Virus record (IMG/VR): IMGVR_UViG_3300028804_000003
Coordinates: 16,859-80,858 of that record
DNA: 64,000 nucleotides
Origin: a virus
Lineage: Duplodnaviria; Caudoviricetes
Reading direction: 5' to 3' (one strand)
Position numbers and translations under genes: made by a program. Positions 59,149-64,000 of this stretch are shown piece by piece. How positions within the stretch are numbered: the stretch's first letter is position 1; the number at the start of each line of letters is the position of its first letter. Under the pieces are notes generated by a model. That model was not told the origin of the DNA and did no database searches. It saw nothing but the letters and a program-made list of their open reading frames with translations.

Positions 59149-59768
59149 TTAATTTTGCATTTTTCGCTTCAAAAAAGCCAAAAGGGCCTCTAATTCAGCG
59201 ATAGAGGCATCATTTTTCAGTGTATTAGCCCTATGAGACATAACTTGCACGTTTCCGGGCTCATATCCCCTCCTACAGTCGATTCGGTCGATACTCGGCA
59301 TCATGGGGTTCGGCCCACACAGGCTTGGCGGCAGCAGCGGCTCACCGAACACAGGACAGTTCTCGGGGATCACTATGTCATCCACAGTGATCGTGAAGGC
59401 CAGACCCTTAAATGCCGCGCGTTTCTTGGCTGATTCATACAGTCGGCGGGCTTCATCTCTCTTGGCTCTCAATGCGGCCCTTTTCGCTCTGCTGGCCTCT
59501 CTTGAGTATCGACCGGCCTCTATCGCTGCATCGACACAGGACGGGCAGCGTTTTCTCGCCTTATGCTCCAAGGGGTCCATATCCGCAAAGCAATCCACAC
59601 AAAAACGAGGCTCCTGAGAACGCTTCTCCACCAAAGCCTTCTTCTTGCGACGGTTCTCCTTGGCTCGCCTACGCTTGCGATCACATTCATCACACCTGTC
59701 TTTAGATGACAGGTAAGAACGCACGGGTGGGGAAACTGAACCACCACAGTCTTTACACGGTTTGCTCA
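59149..59768 (-). CDS. HNH homing endonuclease with N-terminal Zn fingers
   Basis: 'CPVFG...PSIDRID..RGYEPGNVQVMSHRANTLK'; several CxxC; probably leaderless from the promoter at 59776-59804. Confidence 0.8.
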
Positions 59769-59775
59769 TAAAATA

Positions 59776-59804
59776 TAGGTTACACCCCCTCGGGGTGAAT
59801 GTCA
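59776..59804 (-). promoter_or_regulatory. sigma70 promoter
   Basis: TTGACA-N17-TAACCT, 7 nt before ATG 59768. Confidence 0.55.
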
Positions 59805-59940
59805 AACCAAATTTTGCGGAATTTTTCCAGAAAACCAAATTTTTAGGGCCATTTTCGAGCTAAAAATGGGGCACGGACAGGCCTACGGGGACCTGACCCA
59901 CCCCCCTCACTTTAAGAAACCGTTTACCCTACCGGGGAGG

Positions 59941-60545
59941 GTTACCCGTTAAGGTTAACGCGGGGTTACCGTTAACTCATTGATAACCTTACGAATTAAG
60001 GTTAATAACCCCCTAATGTGCACCCGAAATTAACCATGTCTGTTAACGTTAAGGCACATGGTTAACAAAAGGTGGCTATTAACAAAGGGTTAACCTTAAG
60101 AGTTAAGGTTAACGTTCCCTCTCCTGTTCACTCATCATTAACCTTATCTATTAACCTTAACACATTGATGTTGTTGACTCATCTATCATTGTGTGCATCA
60201 AAGATATTCCATAATAACTATTATGCGAATGACGAATGGCAGCGAGGGGTAGTATGGTTAACCCACTGGTATAGTAGAGTAAGAGGTTATTAACCCTATT
60301 TAATAAGGTTAACAAAGGGTTACTGTTCATACTCTGTTAACCCTAAGAATTAAGGTTAATGCCCTGTAAAGGGTAAGGCCTTGTTAACGTTAACAAACAT
60401 GGTTAATAACCCCTTAATGGTAAGGAATCGTTAACCTTACTGAACATAGTGAACAAGGGGTTAATCAGGGCACCGGCGTTAACCACGTTCCTTAATACCC
60501 TACTTATCAGGTAGACTATACAGACTCTCTAGGAATGGTTAACAA
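59941..60545. repeat. degenerate 47-bp-periodic TTAA/GTTAAC array
   Basis: 14 perfect GTTAAC in about 600 bp; TTAA anchors at 59949/59996/60043/60090/60138 and 60290/60337/60384/60431/60479. Confidence 0.85.
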
Positions 60546-60719
60546 GGCGTTGTGGGCAAGCGGCCTATACCCTAGCGCCACGGCGCTGCAATCACAGAAA
60601 GCCATTCCTGCAAATGCGCTCTACAGATTGAATCCTGAAATCATGATCTAGCACGCGAGTCCTTGTGTAATCATGGCAATCGTTTAGAATTGCCTGATTT
60701 ACACTCTTAAAGGGAATTC

Positions 60720-60957
60720 GGATTCATTCGGATTCATTCCAAAAACCTTGAATGATCCCATTGATTTTACAAATGAATCAATGAATCCGTGTTTTTTCTG
60801 GATTCATTCGGATTCATTCGATTTCAGCATGGGCACAATTTGCCTTATTTGCTCTAAATCATTGATATTAAACGGCAATCGAATGAATCCGACGAAAACA
60901 GGCTTTCCGAATGAATCCGTTGAAATCATTGAATGAATCCGATTCCCGAATGAATCC
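60720..60957. repeat. GGATTCATTC iteron-like cluster (4 forward + 4 reverse)
   Basis: Forward at 60720, 60730, 60800, 60810; reverse (GAATGAATCC) at 60881, 60909, 60931, 60948. Confidence 0.9.
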
Positions 60958-61163
60958 AAGCGCGCTTTCCATTCTAAATTCTTCCCGGCCTTCACAGATT
61001 GCCAGTTTTTCCGCTATTTGCGCCGCTCATGATTCCCGCGCTCGCAAGCTCTTGATATGTGGCCACAATAACCTTGAAAACCTATCTGATTCCGTGGCGC
61101 TATATAGAGCGCGATAAGCTCCCAAAGGGTCACGCAACGGCTGACTTGCCATGCTTGCCACAA

Positions 61164-61196
61164 TTAACGGTTTTTTAACACTTTGCCGTTATAGAT
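61164..61196 (+). promoter_or_regulatory. early promoter with perfect CtrA-type box
   Basis: TTAA-CGGTTTT-TTAAC-N10-TATAGAT. Confidence 0.7.
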
Positions 61197-61261
61197 CAAT
61201 GCCTGCACTCACATGCACGTGGGAGCAACGGCGCTCTTGCCGTCCAAACATGGAGTCTAAC

Positions 61262-61378
61262 ATGTCCCCTTTTTCCGCTTTCTTTTCCGCTGGACTCGCT
61301 CTTGCTATCGCCACGGGAATCCCGTTCGTGTCCGGCATGCTCGACACTTTCGCCGCTATCGTTTCGGCGTTGCAGTAG
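61262..61378 (+). CDS. 38-aa hydrophobic peptide (first early gene)
   Basis: GGAG RBS; MSPFSAFFSAGLALAIATGIPFVSGMLDTFAAIVSALQ. Confidence 0.6.
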   Translation: MSPFSAFFSAGLALAIATGIPFVSGMLDTFAAIVSALQ

Positions 61379-61389
61379 GAGTCGGGCTC

Positions 61390-61626
61390 ATGACCGCGTC
61401 AAGCTATACCATTTCACAGATTCGCGCCGTGCCGCTCTATTGCGAGCCGGGAAGGCTGGAGTCCGTGCTCGACTATATCGCCGGAATTGACAAGGCCATA
61501 GAGTCGGCCTTGCGCATGCGCTTGCACAATCCCTGCAAGGGGATTCGCTACACTCGCAACGGCGGAATCCGGTTTTTGAGAATCGGACGGCTGCAATTCT
61601 CATTCTGCATTTGCAAGAAAGGTTGA
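61390..61626 (+). CDS. early hypothetical protein
   Basis: AGGAG RBS. Confidence 0.65.
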   Translation: MTASSYTISQIRAVPLYCEPGRLESVLDYIAGIDKAIESALRMRLHNPCKGIRYTRNGGIRFLRIGRLQFSFCICKKG

Positions 61627-61630
61627 CATC

Positions 61631-62241
61631 ATGGAAACGGAAACAATCCCGGCATGGCGAGTCGAATATCTGGCAAAGCGCAAGGCTCTTGCCGAATTGA
61701 TGGAAGCTCACAAGGTGACCATTGCCGCGCGCCGAGTCGACACAAGGCCGGACGGCGACTCCGATTGGCACAAGAGCGCCGCGCATGCGGCCTTTGACGT
61801 GCTCCACAATGGGCGAGTCGTTTACAGCGGCCACTATAGCGCCGGAAGCCTTGCGGCCTTGCGGCCTTGCCTGACACGTTGCAGGCTTTCCGCGCGGCCT
61901 TCACGAAAGGGCGCAAGGGCTCGCATTGGATTTTCGCCACGGAGTCAGATGTGAAACACGCTTTCAGTGTTCGACAATCAAGCCGGTTGACACGTGATGA
62001 ATCGGACATTCTGGATTGTGTCCGGCGCGCATGGCTTCCCGAATCGGTTGACATAATTCAATCGCTGCTTTCCGATGCAACGGAAGAGTCCTTTTCCGAT
62101 TGGTGCGGCGATTTGGGAATGGACACGGACTCGCGCAAGGCTCTTGCCACATGGGAAGCATGCCGGGAATCTGATAGGGTTATGCGCCGGACATTTGGCG
62201 CGGACTTTGACTCGGCTGTAGACATCGCGCGGGAGTTTTGA
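61631..62241 (+). pseudogene. early gene split by an 8-bp tandem duplication
   Basis: ORFs 61631-61954 and 61867-62241 fuse in frame into one 200-aa protein if one GCCTTGCG unit (61848-61871) is removed. Confidence 0.65.
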
Positions 62242-62243
62242 GA

Positions 62244-62390
62244 ATGTTCTATATTGTATGCAAATCGGACTCCAGCCTGTTTTGGAGTAACCGGCACGGA
62301 TGGACTGATAAGGAATCGGCTGACATTTTCACGGCGCAAGAGTCCGTGCTCTTGAGCTTGCCGATTGACGGCAAATGGATGGAGTTTTGA
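62244..62390 (+). CDS. 48-aa early protein
   Basis: GGAG RBS; MFYIVCKSDSSLFWSNRHGW...; translated by hand. Confidence 0.6.
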   Translation: MFYIVCKSDSSLFWSNRHGWTDKESADIFTAQESVLLSLPIDGKWMEF

Positions 62391-62392
62391 GA

Positions 62393-62725
62393 ATGGAAAC
62401 GCCGCAATTCTTCAAGGCTAGTGACGTGGCCGAGTCTCTTGGTTACGTGCTTACACGTGGAGTCGGTGGTAGGTTGTTTGTCGTTTGGAGACGTGGCACG
62501 AATGGCCGCAAGAGCAACCGATTCGACTCCATCAAGGCCGCAATCGCCCATTGCCGGGAACATGCAATTCCGGCTGACTTTCCGGTCAAGCCTTTGATGC
62601 ACAGTGATTCCGCGATTGACCGTTGCCAATGCGGCGAATGTGGCCTGTCATGGGATGACGGCAAGGTGACCGGCTGGACTCCTAGTCCGGCTGGAAGGTG
62701 TCCGTTTGAGTATTTCCACAACTGA
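62393..62725 (+). CDS. early hypothetical protein with C-terminal Cys motif
   Basis: 'CQCGECGLSWDD...TPSPAGRCPFEYFH'. Confidence 0.65.
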   Translation: METPQFFKASDVAESLGYVLTRGVGGRLFVVWRRGTNGRKSNRFDSIKAAIAHCREHAIPADFPVKPLMHSDSAIDRCQCGECGLSWDDGKVTGWTPSPAGRCPFEYFHN

Positions 62726-62737
62726 GGAGTCCAGATC

Positions 62738-62932
62738 ATGAAAACCGTGTTTTTCTTGTTACTCATGGCAACGCCGGACGGCAACCTTTGGACCATGGAC
62801 TCCGGGCTTACGCAAGAGGATTGCGGCAAGGCCATTGCAGCCGGATTTTCCGGTTATGTGGATGAGCGCAACGGCTGGCATGATATCCCGGACGGCGCGG
62901 CCTATATCTGCAAACCGGAGGATGAGCGTTAA
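62738..62932 (+). CDS. small early protein
   Basis: AGGAG RBS, hydrophobic N-terminus. Confidence 0.65.
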   Translation: MKTVFFLLLMATPDGNLWTMDSGLTQEDCGKAIAAGFSGYVDERNGWHDIPDGAAYICKPEDER

Positions 62933-62961
62933 CCTTTTGTTAACACCTTCCCTGTATACCT
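62929..62961 (+). promoter_or_regulatory. early promoter with perfect CtrA-type box
   Basis: TTAA-CCTTTTG-TTAAC-N10-TATACCT. Confidence 0.7.
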
Positions 62962-63010
62962 CACATCACGGCGCGGCATGGTGCAGCGCTGCTAATCTCA
63001 GGAGTCTAAA

Positions 63011-64000
63011 ATGGAACTGATGCAGGCAAACAAGAATTGGCTTTCCCGTCCGGCAGATGAGCGCTTCACGTCATTGATTGACTTGCGCGATAAGGTGACG
63101 GATGAGCGCCGCAAGTCGCGCGCTGGAGTCGTGTCGAGCAAGTCTCTTGCCTTCCAGCCGGTTGACGGCGACTCGACGTTCAAGGGAATCGAAATTGTCA
63201 GCAAGAAAACCGGCAACGTCATTGCGCCGACTCATTGGGCCTTTGGCCAGATTGCCGCGCGACTCGGCGCACCTGCAAGCTACTTGCGCAACCTTCCCGC
63301 ACCTCTTGCAGCCGATTGCCTGAATTACTCGACAATCAAGGCCGACTCGGAAGATGTGGGACTCCTTATCGGCACGGATGACGCCGGGAAGCCTTCCACA
63401 TTGCGCGCGGCAACCGGCCCTAAATATGGGCGCGTTTGGAATCAGTCCATTGCCGACTCTCTTGTCAACCTGTTTGGCGATGGACAAACCGGCGCTTTCC
63501 GTGTTCCCGGCGCTTATGGTTCAACGGACATTGTCACCGACAAGATGGACTCGACTCTCTATGCAAGTGACCGTGACATGTTTGTGTTTTTGGCGGATCA
63601 AGAAAACCGAATCACAATCGAGAATCGCCGCAACGGCGAGTCCGGCTCACTTGCGCGCGGAATTTTCGTTTGGAACAGTGAAACCGGCGCAAGCTCTTTC
63701 GGAATGGCTGCTTTCTTGTTTGATTTTCGATGCAAGAATCATATCATTTGGGGCGCGTCCGAATATCGCGAGTCCCGCTTCCGTCATACGGCAAGCGCGC
63801 CGGACAAATGGCTTGACCATGTCGCGCCGGTCATCAAGGCCTATTCGGAATCATCGGCAAGGCCATATGAGGCTGCGCTTGCGGCTGCACAAGCCAAAAA
63901 GATTGATGACGTGCAAGCCTTCATGAATGACCGATTCAGCAAGCGCATGGCAACGGCAATTCTTGCCGCTCATGTCGATGAGGAATCAAGGCCGGTTGAA
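63011..64000 (+). CDS. DUF932-like protein (3'-truncated by window edge)
   Basis: AGGAG RBS; open frame to the window end; 'HWAFGQIAARLGAPASYL', 'LYASDRDMFVFL', 'RGIFVWNSETG...CKNHIIWG'; missing from the ORF track because there is no stop. Confidence 0.75.
   Translation, partial: MELMQANKNWLSRPADERFTSLIDLRDKVTDERRKSRAGVVSSKSLAFQPVDGDSTFKGIEIVSKKTGNVIAPTHWAFGQIAARLGAPASYLRNLPAPLAADCLNYSTIKADSEDVGLLIGTDDAGKPSTLRAATGPKYGRVWNQSIADSLVNLFGDGQTGAFRVPGAYGSTDIVTDKMDSTLYASDRDMFVFLADQENRITIENRRNGESGSLARGIFVWNSETGASSFGMAAFLFDFRCKNHIIWGASEYRESRFRHTASAPDKWLDHVAPVIKAYSESSARPYEAALAAAQAKKIDDVQAFMNDRFSKRMATAILAAHVDEESRPVE

Noticed and set aside
59941-60545. CRISPR array interpretation of the periodic repeats
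   Set aside because: There is no constant direct repeat alternating with unique spacers; the units are degenerate motif scaffolds; no cas operon.
60072-60995. Short ORFs in the control region (60072-60293, 60748-60936, 60804-60995)
   Set aside because: Their translations merely reflect the DNA motifs; no RBS and atypical codons.

Overview
This window is about 64 kb of a tailed dsDNA phage genome (siphovirus-like, roughly 60% GC). The host is very probably an alphaproteobacterium, judged from the GTA-like tail module and from CtrA-type and GANTC motifs. Layout: (1) 1-14 kb, + strand: replication and nucleotide metabolism (SNF2-like helicase, Cas4-like nuclease, SSB, family A polymerase, RuvC-like resolvase, metallophosphoesterase, adenine MTase, deoxyribosyltransferase, DUF5664, intein-split class II RNR), then 3 tRNAs. 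(2) 14.4-45.1 kb, - strand: lysis, tail, head and packaging genes, with a MotA/ExbB-like three-gene membrane cassette inserted in the head cluster. (3) 45.3-59.8 kb, - strand: small accessory ORFs (DUF550, HNHs, tRNA-Pro, HAD phosphatase, mini-kinase). (4) 59.8-61.2 kb: AT-rich non-coding control region. (5) 61.2-64 kb, + strand: probable early genes, ending in a truncated DUF932-like gene. The most striking signal is non-coding and motif-based. It comprises a degenerate 47-bp-periodic TTAA array, a bidirectional GGATTCATTC iteron-like cluster, two early promoters with perfect TTAA-N7-TTAAC (CtrA-type) boxes of identical geometry, and about 5-fold saturation of the early region with GANTC (CcrM target) sites, plus a second enriched pentamer (GCAAG/CTTGC). 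Together these suggest a phage wired to read or decoy the host CtrA/CcrM/GcrA cell-cycle circuit (inference). All counts were made by hand, no database searches were run, and product calls rest on motif recognition.
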